Assembly (NCBI RefSeq): GCF_000150275.1
Contig: NW_002060951.1
Coordinates: forward strand, 993,098 to 1,057,097
Source: Trichoplax adhaerens
Lineage: Eukaryota; Animalia; Placozoa
Direction of reading: 5' to 3'
Length of the DNA: 64,000 nt
Each line of letters begins with the position of its first letter. Positions within the stretch are counted from its first letter, which is position 1. Of this stretch, positions 1 through 13,000 are shown one piece after another. A program made the translations under genes and the position numbers. The notes under the pieces were generated by a model, which was not told the DNA's origin, made no database searches, and saw nothing but the letters and a program-made list of their open reading frames with translations.

Positions 1-1025
1 TAGTACAAAATTCTGCAGGATATTAAGATTCAAGCAGTCTAAACAACATGAAGTTAAGGCCACTAAAATAATCGCCACTACTATGAATGATAATCCAAAA
101 GGCTAGCTAACCTGAAAAGCTTCAAAGAACATCAAGTGCGTTGAAAATTCAGTTATTGATGTAAGTTGTAACCTGTATCAAGTCGCAGATTACTAGTAGT
201 ATATCTGAATTGGTCTAAAGGATCTTAACTAATCACCAAATCTGATTGTACTCGCTTAAAATATCGCAAATGGAAAGAAATTCTTAATCAATTCTAACAT
301 CAAGGCGACGAGATTCCCCTTCCAAGGACTTGCATACGGAATTTTGGATGCTGTTAATATACACTGTACAGTATACATACTGTCTAAGGTACAGACAGCT
401 GATTAACAACACCCGCAGTAGCTATACACTGAGTGTAGAGTACAGTCACAGTATGGAACATTTCCCGCCTTTTTTTTTATAGCTAACACATCACGTGGGA
501 CATGGCTGCAGTTGACACTCTGGTCTCGGTCTGGGACCGTCCTCTACAGTATTACAGTACGTTACGTACAGTACTGTAGCCCACTCATGCAAATGACTAC
601 TGTACAGTAGCAAAAATTGTAGCGTACAGTACTGACACTGTACACTTTGCAGTGCGTTACAGTAGTCTGTCTGTCCATCAGTATCCTTTGCACCAAGTTC
701 TCATTTAAAGTTAGCTTTTATTTATTATACCGTATCATAATACAATAACATAAAGTTCATACGCCAGTAAGTTAAAGATGAAAATGACTACAAAATCAGA
801 CATGAAGGGAATATTTGTATGAAATAAACAATTCAAATTTTCTATCATCAATGCGATAGAATAACTATTCTATTTCAGCAATAACAATATTATCAAGTTT
901 ATTCGCAAAATGATCTAGCAGCATCTAGACGACATGATACAAATTCTGATAACAATAAACCTATTCATAGGTTAAAGTTATAAAATGGAAACTGCTAATC
1001 AGCAGATAAAGAAAAAAAATCAAGG

Positions 1026-4000
1026 TTATAATTCGTCTTTGCTCTTGCTACTATCTTTCTCTTCTTCTTCTTCTTCTTCTTCCGCTTCTGCTTCTTCTTC
1101 TTTTTGACCTTCTTCTGATTTCTTCTTCTCCTCTTCTTCCTTCTTCTTCTTTTCCTCTTCTTCAGCTTTCTTTTTGTCAATCTGAAGAAATTAATCAATA
1201 GCATTCATTAGTCAAGATTCGTTACACCTTATTTGTGACAACTATTAATTATTGGCTCACCACTTCCTTAGCTTTTGTTTCTGGTCCCTTAGTCTGACCC
1301 CATGTATCGTCTCCAAATTTCTTGGCGTAATCGATATCATCAGTAACCAATACGTTGTCGAAAATAGTTCCAGCTTTCACTTGCCACAAATCGAAACCAA
1401 CATACGCGTTATCCTCAAACAAATAAAGGTTCGAGTCTTCTTTATAATCTGGGTTATCAATCTCTGGGTGTACCCATTCTCCCTTATATTTAGGATTGTC
1501 AATTTGCTTTGGCTTCCATTCACCCTAAATTGTAAAATGATCACAATACCATATCATTCAAAACGTATCCAATTACAACTGATATGCTATTTCAAGTATT
1601 ACCTTAAATTCAGGATTATCGATCATAGGTGGTTCCCATTCTCCATCCATTTCATCATCCCAGTCTTCTGGTTTTTTCGCCTCAGGATCAGGAATGTGTT
1701 CTGCTTTATCCCAACCCTAAACAGAAGAATAAAATTTACTTTAAATTCTCAAACATAAATTGTATCAGGGTAGTAACTCACATCGGGTTTTTTGTCCTCG
1801 GGATCGTCAATCTTTGCATTGTCGTCCCAATCTTCTGGCTTCTTCGCATTAGGATCTTTGATCTTCTTAGGTTGTAGTAAAGCCCAATCATCTTCCAATT
1901 TACCAGATTCTACGCTTTCGTTGTCAATTTTGACTTCGTAGGTATTGTCGGATTTAAGGATTAGCGTATATAAATGAGTTAATTCGTCATCCTGTCATTA
2001 CAAATGTTTTATACTTTAATAAACTGGCAACAATCCAAACAATAATAGACATCCAAGAAAATACGTTACCTTGCACTTAATTTCTTTCTTGATTAATTTA
2101 TTTTCGCCTTGATAATTTAAAATAACGTGTACCTTCTTGGTACTATAACCGCAAATGTCAGGACCTAAAATGTTGATAACAAATTAGTTATATCATCATT
2201 CCTTACAAATATCTCGAAAAAATGGTTATCATGCAGGATGTTGAACGACTAAAATCTTATTTACAGTAACAGGCACACATGTGAACACTTTGTTCTAAAT
2301 TGTTTAATAATAATCAATCTATTGTAGGCGAATGAAAATAATGGCATTCAAAAGCAACTGCTATAGTCTTACAGAATATCGTATACTATACATAAAATAT
2401 TTCAAATTTCTAAAGTTTCCAAATTTTTTCAATAACGTACCGAACATAATATTGTACGGAGAATCACCATTCATTTTCTTTGGATTTAGCGAACTAGGGA
2501 AAAGCTGTCAATAATAATTATAATAATTGCTTAATAGGTATGTTTTAGATAAAGCAAGTACGAAATCCAAAAGAACAGACAAGCAGCTAATAGATGCAAG
2601 ACATTAACAGCCAAATTGTAAATACAATTGTTAAAGTCAGGTTAATTATGCTCATTTTTACAATTCAATGTGTACTAAAGCCAAAAATTTCACGCAATTT
2701 GTCTACTCTACAGTAAATAATAGATTTAGCTCAATTAGTTTATAACAGACACAACACTGGGTCAAAAGGAAAATAGTGATCGATTCATCACAAATTGATG
2801 AAACAATCAAATTTAAAATTTTCTTTAATAACTGAACTGCTAAATTCTATGCCATCGGAAATAATTATGTTCCTGCATTAATAATAAAGTATCACTAGTG
2901 CTGCACCTTGTTCGTATATACTCTTAAACTGTATAGAGTAACAAGTTCATGGTCGATCATAATTAAATTAACCTAAATGATCTGAGTTAAGTTAATCACA
3001 ATATTTACACTAGGTAGTAATCCATTATCATTTCCTAGATATAAATCGCAGCTTACGTATAACAAGTGATTTGCTAGTAAGATACAACTATCTACAAATG
3101 CGCTTGGATCATACCAGGAAATATCATTTACAAAGCAAGATTATATGTAACACAGTAAGTATTTACTAGGCTTATCAAAACGTAAGTGCGCTCACAGTAC
3201 AGAAGAGTACGATTCAAAATTTTGAAGACTAATATTAAGGATGGAAATACCCTGGAAAGAGGTAAAATGATGCTTATACCTAAATGGTAAGATCGGTCAA
3301 TTGCAGTACATATATTATACACAGTGGACTAGTAAGATCACCATAAAATCAAATATGTAAGTCCATAGATACACCTGAAAACTGTAAAATTACGTGCAAT
3401 AATAAGCTCTAAAGTCTATCATGAGCCTATTGTGTTGTACTGCCTAAAAGAACACTTGCAAATTTACTGCTAATCGCAAGTTGTGGAGTTGGTCAATTTG
3501 CATCTCTTGTATCTAAAACACTTTCAGCACGCAGAGTGAGCATACTGTATAAATGGGATCAAGTTAAACAATACTCCTGTTCTTATTCCTATGTAATAAT
3601 CCTATGCGGTAATCAAGTCCATAGTCATATGGGTTTTTATAAACAAATACTAGTTCGGAGTTTGAATTGTAGGCCAAGAAAGTATGACACAGAATACTAA
3701 TTCCGTTAATAAAAAGAGTTGATTCTGTACTGGTACGTCATGATTAAAGATAATTCAGTAAAACCATTGTAAGTTTAGTAGGGCTAGACAAAATATGGAA
3801 CTCATTCTATCGAATCGAAAGTTAAAAAAAAAACCTATTTCAGTAGAAGGTACTCTAGTACAGGAACAAAAAAAAACCATGGCGAACTCGATCGATATGT
3901 ACTCGTTTGAAAAAAGTAATTTCTACATCAAACTACCATTCTTCAAAATACTGCATATACGATTTACCTTGATATAACCACCACCGCAATCAATACTTTG

Positions 4001-4507
4001 TTCATGCTTGACGGTAAATTGGAGGACCAACGCTTTGCCTTTATTGCTAAATGGTTTATCTAATTTAGCACTGACGGCATAAAAGCGTGCATCTTGGCTA
4101 GTTTGAATACCTATGTGCAGACATGACATTTATGAATAATTAGATGTATTGCAGGTTAATTTGTGTCATTTTTTTTTTTTCTACAGCCTCGCTCAGGTCA
4201 GCAAACTGTGTAAATTGAATTGATACCTTTGTCCTTCTCAGCATCACCATAAAATTTACCAGCAGTCAACACAAATTTTCCATAATCGCTTTTGCTTGTC
4301 GATTGAACCCATCGGCTCTCCCAGTCGGGGCCTACGACAATCAAAAATTGGATTATAAAAATGATCGCTTAAAACTAGATAGAGCAAATTAACTTGAGTA
4401 ACAATTGCTTGCCACTACTTACTGTCGAATTTTTCAACGAAGTAGGCCGTAGGGTCGGCAATGACAAGACTAGAAAGTGCCAAGCAAAGTAACGCTATCC
4501 TCATCAT
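1026..4507 (-). CDS. CALR: Calreticulin; 9 exons approx. 4507-4423, 4331-4227, 4110-3968, 2504-2441, 2164-2070, ~1991-1782, 1716-1603, 1524-1261, 1181-1026
   Basis: Signal peptide [47 protein letters not shown]-domain repeats ([31 protein letters not shown]), acidic tail ending SKDEL*. GT-AG introns with consistent phases. Confidence 0.97.
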
Positions 4508-4668
4508 CTTTTTTTACCAGTTGCTTCGCTCGCGTCCAATGTTGCAAGTCTACCAAGTGATGAGTCGATTTAATATCCTTGCTTAGTCATACCAGGTCGT
4601 GAAATACCACGCACCACTGTGGGAATGAGGTTGGGCACGTGTGTCACAGACAACGGAGTCGATGATGG

Positions 4669-4687
4669 CGTGGAGAATTCTGATTGG
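4669..4687 (-). promoter_or_regulatory. ER stress response element (ERSE, CCAAT-N9-CCACG) upstream of calreticulin
   Basis: Minus strand reads CCAAT-cagaattct-CCACG, an exact consensus with a 9-nt spacer, about 160 bp upstream of the CALR ATG and in the gene's orientation. Confidence 0.75.
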
Positions 4688-5060
4688 TCTATATTGTTAT
4701 TATCCAATCACAAGGGCTCCGACAGTTGAACGATGGGACATTCTCGAATCAGACATGCGTACTCCATGGTGATTGGCGATGCGCGTGCGTACTCGCTTCA
4801 TCATCCAACCAACAGCACCGTCCATCTTGGACTTTCTTCTTCACCAATTTCATCATCAAAGCTTAAGAGTGTACAATATACGGAATATACTCAGTTGGAA
4901 TATTATTCAATACAGCCATAGTGCTCTTCATTAGAAGATCACCGTGTAGGATTGCTGTCGTCAGTAATCCTACTCCAGTTTAGAATGCAATGAGTAGACC
5001 TTAGACTTACTGCCTTCGACTGAAATTGGTTGATGTTGAAAGTGATTAAAATATCCATAA

Positions 5061-5596
5061 AAATATACAGTACTGTCGATGCTACTTTAAAACGGTACTG
5101 GCATACTAGTCGTCGATTTTCAAACTACACTGTACTCACCCAACTACTAAGTAATGCTTGTAGCGAATCTACTAGACTAGCAGAGTGCTGCAGATCGAGT
5201 GCAGTTGTGGACTACTTGATCAAATATCAATAGAATATACATTACTGTCGATGCTACTTTAAAACGGTATTGGCATACCAGTCGTCGATTTTCAAACTAC
5301 ACTTTACTCACTGTCTCCAACTACGAAGTAATGCTTGTAGCGAATCTACTAGACTAGCAGAGTGCTGCAGATCGAGTGCAGTTAGGGACTACTTGATGAA
5401 AGATCAATAAAATATAGTTAATTTTCCCTAAAATATACAGTACTGTCGATGCTACTTTAAAACGGCACTGGCATACCAGTTGTCGATTTTTAAACTGCAC
5501 TGTACTCACTGTCTCCAACTACTAAGTAATGCTTGTAGCAAATCTAGTAGACTAGTACAGGACTGCAGATCGAGTGCAGTTAGGGACTATTTGATG
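5061..5596. repeat. Tandem repeat, 3 copies of a ~170-200 bp unit between CALR and the C19orf44-like gene
   Basis: tactgtcgatgctactttaaaacgg...gcagatcgagtgcagtt recurs at ~5071, ~5243 and ~5441. Confidence 0.9.
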
Positions 5597-6088
5597 TTAG
5601 CTAAAGCACAAGTCTGCGGTGCAATATAAATGAAATTTCAGGCTGCAGTCATCCTCGTCTTTCGTCGGATAACTCTATCATTGACTACATAATGTACTTT
5701 AGTCTGCAATATACAGTACAGTAGACTCTGGCGAAAGTGCAAGTATTATCATGGCGATGATAACAAGCGGAGAACGCTTGCTGAACTGAAGAGTAGATGG
5801 AGCAAACAATTTTCCATTTGTCTAGAACTACTTGAGGCCATGACGAGCGTCCACGATTCCACAATCCTTCGATGGTACTCTACCGTACACTATAAAGTAC
5901 AGCACCTGCAATAAACACAACTCCCAGTCAACTTACCCTTTACAACTGTACCGTACAATAGTAAATAGTGGACTACCGAAGACAGGACAGTATAAATATA
6001 AATAAAATATATATTCTATCCGTTGTCATGGTGCAGCTCGAGGCCTTGATGGTCTGCAGCTAGGTCTTGCGTACAGTATAGAATAATA

Positions 6089-7339
6089 ATGGCGTCCAGT
6101 GAAGATGACGAAGATATTCAAGCTTACCTTCAAAATCTATCCAAGAAGACAACTTCCAAACCAGATCATACTCGAAAATTCAAATTATCGTTAAGCGATG
6201 AAGATATTGATGTATCAAGCATCTCAATATCAGAGGATCACTCTGATGGAGACATGGAGCAAGATAATCAGGTTCGAGCCAACAGCAGTCTTGACTCAAC
6301 ATCACAACCGTTACAACAAATCAATCACTCCATATCCAACCGATCCATGGTTAGGTCTGCAAATAGCTCAACCAACTCCATTGACAGTGCAGTCCCTAAT
6401 ATGCAAGATTTACAGTCAATACCTGATGATGATGACCTATTCAACGATTCACAAACTAAGAGTACCGCTTCGCCTTCTGAATCTTTCCAGTTGCAAGTTC
6501 ACAACATCGATGAGCTGTTGAGCGATACTAATGAAATAAACGAGGAACTTAGCTCTCATAGAGAAAGCGCCGAAGAAATAGAAGAGGATGTCAATCACGA
6601 TTCCTACGATCGTGATGATGATTATTCTTCCATCAAATCACAAGATAATATTTCAAGTGATAATAGATCTCAGAATAGTCTAGCAGAAGATATAAAGTCC
6701 ATTTCTAACTTAGAATCATCGATACAGACTATCCGTGATGAAACACATTCTGTCCACAAGTCTATTCAGTCAGATATTGAAAGTTTGCATTATTCTACGG
6801 ACGATTTTGTAACTGAAGACAGTAGCGCGCGTAAAGAGTCCCTTATTTTGTCTCGTAGCGCAACTTCCGACACCGACTACTCAACCAGCAGCGATACTAC
6901 CTCTTCCAGTCGTCGCTCTGTAGTAAACACAAAGTCGAATTCCAAAGATATTATCGTAAAAGACGCTGAAGTTCAAACAGACTCACCTCCTAGGCAAGGT
7001 AACATCCAAACATCGATCGGTCCAAGTTATGGCCATGAATATTTAGATCCAGCGCCTATTGCAACACACGTAATCAGCCCCGATGCATTAGAAGCGGTAA
7101 CTGCTTATAACCCTATGACTGTCGCTCTGAATAACATGCTACGAGATCAACTAAATTTAACGAAGAACTTTGTGGACTCAAACAGGAGGCTTTATAACGC
7201 CGAAATTGATAATATCCAGTCGAATTCTTATCATTATGTCACACTGCAAGATACCAAACGGTATATTCAGGAAAATAGAAGGCCTCGACTTACTTACGAA
7301 GAAGCATTAAAGCAAGTTTTGGCTGAACAGGAATATTAA
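6089..7339 (+). CDS. C19orf44: C19orf44-like protein (DUF4614 C-terminal domain), single exon, 416 aa
   Basis: Ser/Asp-rich disordered N-terminus. The C-terminus (YLDPAPIATHVISPDALEAVTAYNP...MLRDQLNLT...YHYVTLQDTKRYIQENRRPRLTYEEALKQV) matches the remembered C19orf44 C-terminus ([25 protein letters not shown]...FHYHTLEEAKEYI). Confidence 0.85.
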   Translation: MASSEDDEDIQAYLQNLSKKTTSKPDHTRKFKLSLSDEDIDVSSISISEDHSDGDMEQDNQVRANSSLDSTSQPLQQINHSISNRSMVRSANSSTNSIDSAVPNMQDLQSIPDDDDLFNDSQTKSTASPSESFQLQVHNIDELLSDTNEINEELSSHRESAEEIEEDVNHDSYDRDDDYSSIKSQDNISSDNRSQNSLAEDIKSISNLESSIQTIRDETHSVHKSIQSDIESLHYSTDDFVTEDSSARKESLILSRSATSDTDYSTSSDTTSSSRRSVVNTKSNSKDIIVKDAEVQTDSPPRQGNIQTSIGPSYGHEYLDPAPIATHVISPDALEAVTAYNPMTVALNNMLRDQLNLTKNFVDSNRRLYNAEIDNIQSNSYHYVTLQDTKRYIQENRRPRLTYEEALKQVLAEQEY

Positions 7340-10045
7340 ATTTAAAATTGAATCATCGCATGATCTTGGCGCTAAAGTTGTAATGACTGTTACGAGATCT
7401 AATTGAAATATTCACTTCTAACACAATCTTAGTTGATGTTATATCATCGGAAGTAAAAATTCTTGGATACGTTCAGTTATTTTGATAGCAATACAATCTA
7501 AAATTGTTTTATTACTACGAAACAGTACGATATTATACGTATGAGATGCCTATTTTGTATTATTCCAGCCGTAATAATATTAATTCATTGATCAAATGCT
7601 CTGATTACTTGTACATTATTGCATATATACTAACAGTTATGACTATTAGCAGATAATAGACGCTGCTATGACTCAAATTTGGACTTCAAAGTGTCGTCAC
7701 CATCTACAGCACTATATTCATTAGTTGAGCTGTGATCATGGCTTCAATATTAAATTAGAAAACAAGTTTTCTTTTATTAATTCAGCTTCGTACGTGTATT
7801 ATCCGACTATTACGTTTTTATGCTAATGACCTACTTCGAGGAAATAGGACACATTTCTCAACTATTATTTTATTATCTCATTCCATTCCGACATATACTT
7901 AACGATATTGCAATATATTTGTGTATTAATCAATGAAGTAATCGACTAATGCCAACTATACCTATCTATAGTTGCATTTAATATCAGCTCCCTAACTTAA
8001 ATGAGGTTTATGTGCACTATTTAGATAGTATATTAAACCAGAGACTTCTACACACTAACAATTATATAAAATTGAAGCAGCTGTCATGCTGATATATATA
8101 ATGTCAGATTCTGACGAATTTCCCTTTTGAGCGGTTGCTATACAAATGATTATATCAACAAGGTAACCCTAAATCATTTCAACCGTTGATACTGTAAATC
8201 GGGTGTTGTTATGATTTAATTTATTGATTCGTAAGAATTAAATAAAGCTTTATTTTTTAAAATCTAATTAATGACTAATTGCATCATTGAGCTTTTTTCG
8301 ATTGTGTCTAAATTAGATCATCTATAGCGAGTGTAGTATTTGCGTAATAATAAATATGCGTATTCCCGCTGACCCATAATAACCGATTCTGTATATTCTG
8401 CAATGGTTTTATGGGTACAGCACATATGGCACAACTAAAGTAAATCAGAATGATAACACACAATCAATCCCCTTAAACTACCACACTCTGCTGTAAAATA
8501 GATAGTAAAATTTTTTAAATGATCTTTGGAATTACTTAATAATCTAGCTGTATCTGACATAAACCTTCTAAATAGTGTATGATTTAATAATCAGAATATT
8601 GACACGAGCGAACATTAATAATACCTCATTAGGATATGCTATTTATTAAAAATAATGTTGTACTGTCAATCATACTGGCGTAATTCCTTTCGATGCGAAA
8701 ATAATACATATCATTATAATTATATTAGCCATGTTGCATTGCATTTATTTGCATAGTCTGGTTGCTACCAGTTAGGAAAATAAATTATGCCCATATACTT
8801 TAGTAGTTAGAGATCGCATATGCTATTATTTCTGTAATGACCATGACAGTACACTGTCATTCCTAACCTGTATAGCCTAATACTATAAATGCATCACAAC
8901 TATCAAATTATTCATTCCATTATTATCATTGCATAATCTTGATCAGTTAATGACATCCTGCTAGAGGTCATGCTGTAGTACAAATTAAGTCGTTTTGATT
9001 CTTAAATGATAATTTATAACTACCTCAGTATCGGTTAGACTGAATTAATGTTAGAGAGGTAATCTATTTCATGTTAATACCTATCAAAGGGAATGTCATC
9101 CTGCGCAAATTTTGAGTACTTTGAACTCATTTTATCTAATAAAATTGATGACCTTTTCTATTTGTATTGATTTATACCTACAGTACGTAATGGAAATTTA
9201 AAATAATTCAGATAATAAATTAGAAGACTATACTAATGATTCAAGATTATTATTATTAGCAACGTTTATTAGTGTTTTGTAAGATACCGTTATTGCTATG
9301 ATATCTAAGATAGTAAAGAAATCTGGGCTATCGACGTTGAATTAGTAAGTTTGACTAGATCAAATAAATCTGAGTATATTAGTAATGAGGTTATCACCAG
9401 TTAAGTACTTGCTATGATAGTAAGGCATAATACGAGTATATTCTTATTGCAATTATCAGCAAATATGTGTATTCCTTGTAATATAATCCGAATAAAATCC
9501 ATTAGAAAATGATAACCCAGTAAAGTATGTTAGGATTATAGCAAGCAAAGTAATAATGATATCAACTTAGCCAAAAAATATATTATCTATCTACGGTAAC
9601 ATTTTATTTTAACATTAAGTCGGACCAACAATGAAGGAAGAGAATAACAGCGTTGAATGGCAAGCTTATACCATTATCATGCTAATCATAACTGAAGAAT
9701 TATATTAATTTTCTTTCCCAAGAAAGGTGTATCTGCATTGAATATAACTATCTTGTTGGATTTATAATAAATGAAGGCGTGTCGAACTATTTCTTGTTGA
9801 CATTTGTATTCTTGGAGCCAGGTACAGCTCCGGTAGCGAAATATCGACATGCGCCCCTAGTGGCAAGGTTCATTTGTGGAGTCGTTTAAAGTCACAGCTA
9901 CAGTGGACTACTTCCTTTCTATTGCCTGGCAGGAACCCATCAGCAAGGCAAATCTATCACTATAATTTAAGAATGATTATATTAATGCAGTCAAAAGGTG
10001 AATCAATTTTTTAATCAATCAATCTTTACCTTTATAGCTGCAAAC

Positions 10046-13000
10046 ATGAGTGAACCTCGTACACCAGTTACTCCAACTACGCCGGGAGACTCCGTGGACG
10101 GATCAAAAGTCAAAAGTTACTTTTCTAGCTGGATACCAACCAAAGGTTCTAGAACGATCCTAAACTCTGATAGTATAATCATCCGCTACTCGAATTTTTT
10201 AAAATGATCATGAGATCCAATACAATGTTAAATTAACGTCGGTGACGACATGCTTTTTATATCCGACCACACACTGTGCATGCAGAATAATGTATTGATC
10301 AATCTCTATACGGTTATTTCTGTAATATTTAGAGTTATTCTAACTTTTTGCACAATAGCTCAACAGGTTTATATTATATCATGACAACATTAACTACCTT
10401 ATCCTATTCTTAACATTTCAAGGCGCAACTACATATAAATTAACTAATGTGCTATTAGGTTTTGACTTATAGACGTTCTCAATTAGAACTTAAGCGGCTT
10501 TTTATAGACTTGATTAATCTCCCTTACGATAGCTTTAGTTACAGTACAAAGTTTTTGGTTAAATCAGAAAAGGTTAACGACCGTCCGGAATCTTATTATA
10601 GCGCTTTTGCATTCTCTACTTTTTTGCCAGGAAAAAGATTATTGCTATCACGTATAGCTTATCACTTTAATTAAAATACTTTTTTAACCTTCCATTTCAT
10701 AACTTTAAAAACACATGTATACGAATACTAACTTCTGACAAGACTTTAGAATCGTGATCGTTAATTAATCACGATCACACTCATTAAAGCCGACTTTAAT
10801 TGCCACATATCCTAATCGAAAAAATGCAATTTAATAAGAGAAAACCACGTTATCCTTTAGCAAATCCTATTGAATACACTCAAGAAGATTTCGACAAAGA
10901 TGGCGTCAATTTTAAAGCTAAGGTATTGGCATTGATTCAGTTGCCAATAATGTTGAATATTCTCGCTTCATAATATCATGTTAATAGCCTTTAAAACAGC
11001 AAATCTTTCATAGTTGCTGATCTAGTAATAATCCTATAAACCAGACATTTTTTTGTCTGTTTGTGAAGATTGTTGATTTAATCGCATTTTCATTTTAGAT
11101 TATGGGATCGATGGAAGTTGACGCTGCTCAAGGTGAAAAGTTATGCGCTAATGCTTTGTCAGAAATCAAGGTATGTTTTCCACTGTGTTCTATTATGGTA
11201 TTCATACGAAAATTTTTTATGGAAAAGATCATGAGAAACAGATTTGTTAAGCTTGATCAAATACTGTCTGCGTTCACTACTGGAACTCGATGGTATCCGT
11301 AAATTTATTTGTTAGTTAGAAAAACGTAATTTCGCAAGTTATGACTGGACAGCTTATAATTATCAACAAAATGAATCTATTCTATTTTATATTCCCAATT
11401 ATTGGAGTACTTCTACGCATATGTTTGGATTATTTTGCGTTAAAAGAGGATATATTAGCATTAGTTTTGTCTTCTTTTTCATCCTCGTTTAACTTAATAA
11501 ACTTAGTAAGCTTTCACTTTATAGAACGGAAACTAGTAACTAGTGAACATGAATTAACGATTATAATTAATTATCACTGTCTGAACTAATTTGTGATAGA
11601 ATTTCTTTATCGTCATTGAAAATCTTGCTAGACAAGTTAGTCTTACGTTCATTCTTATGTTATTCATAATGTCTTTTCATTACCTATAGCTGAAATTAAA
11701 GTCTGCTAGTGGTCATAAGCAACAAGTGCTTATTAAAATTGGCGACAAAGGCATGACTATCCTTGACGAAAAAACTGGCGTAAGTATTATGATAGATAGT
11801 AACCTACAAGTACTCGTATTCATAAAATCGGTAACTTTTAAGAACAATTTCACACTTCTCCCAATCTCCAATTTCGAGATGCTAATTATTGATGCTCTAC
11901 AAGAGCTATGCAGTTATAAAGACTGTTCGAGATAATATTAATGAATGTGCACCACTAGTAATATTGCATCATTACTAGCATACGTATACAAATTTTCTCC
12001 CTCCTTTCTTCCATAAAAACGATATCGATTACTCTTTTCAAAAGTAAATCAAAGCCATAATCTAACTAGCATTAGATAATTTTATGAGATAATTTTAGAT
12101 TTCGTCCGCAAGTATATAAAAACCAACGTTCGATGATTGTACACCATAACGGTGGTGTGCTATTGCAATGAATCCTTATGATATGAGCAGATGCTGCTGC
12201 TGTAGCACACTATTTATGCTTGTACATAATTTGACTTTAACGTTATGTCGAAATACTTCCGATTTATGTAAGCATAGCTATTCGCTAAGATAATAGAGTC
12301 CTTTCGCTCCGTTCGTACCCCTATTTTTTTTTTAAGTTATTACGGGCTTATTTCTGAATTCATCTAGACTCATTCTTTCCCGCTCCGTTGCTAAATTTCT
12401 CTGAGAGAAGAGCTATACATTTTCTAGCAGTGAATTACTTTATGTCAGCTTACAAAACTCTGGATACAACGCTACAAAATATTTCCTCACACATTCCTAC
12501 AAGTTATAATTTCCTGAAGATTCTAGCCCGGTTAATTCTTTTTCTTCAACTATTATATAAAGAGAATTCAATAGTAGAATAAAATATTTAAAAGATTTAA
12601 CGATATGAATTCAGTATAAAACATCGAACAAGGCGATTGCCATATAAATCTACGAGACTGCCCCTGTTCACAGGATCTTGCAATCACGCGTGATACAGTG
12701 TTTTCTAAAATCTCATAACATTACAGTAATGTAGAATACTGAACTCCTCTACATCATATTCGACAGTTTGCTATTTGTAACACTACGTACGTACAAGATT
12801 TTAAGCCAGTTGACTGGAAATTAATGATATTTCGAAGAAAGTATTAGATTTAACGCCATGTATAAAAGCGCAACTAAGAGCTAAAACTTTCTATGTAATT
12901 CGTCACCAGAACATATGGTTGATGATAGTATGTCGATTCTATATAAGATAATAAATAAATCACTATGCATGAAGTGAGATAAGTACCGGTTTCTTCATAA

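Noticed and set aside
1-102. Minus-strand hydrophobic reading frame PFGLSFIVVAIILVALTSCC...
   Set aside because: Could be an exon of a gene leaving the window, but it is too short to support.
995-1877. Lys/Arg-rich ORF 995-1204 and plus-strand ORFs 1252-1877
   Set aside because: Alternative-frame and antisense shadows of calreticulin exons.
9850-9864. CTCF-like GCGCCCCTAGTGGC upstream of Dab
   Set aside because: One base short of the core spacing and a single occurrence. CTCF is regarded as bilaterian.
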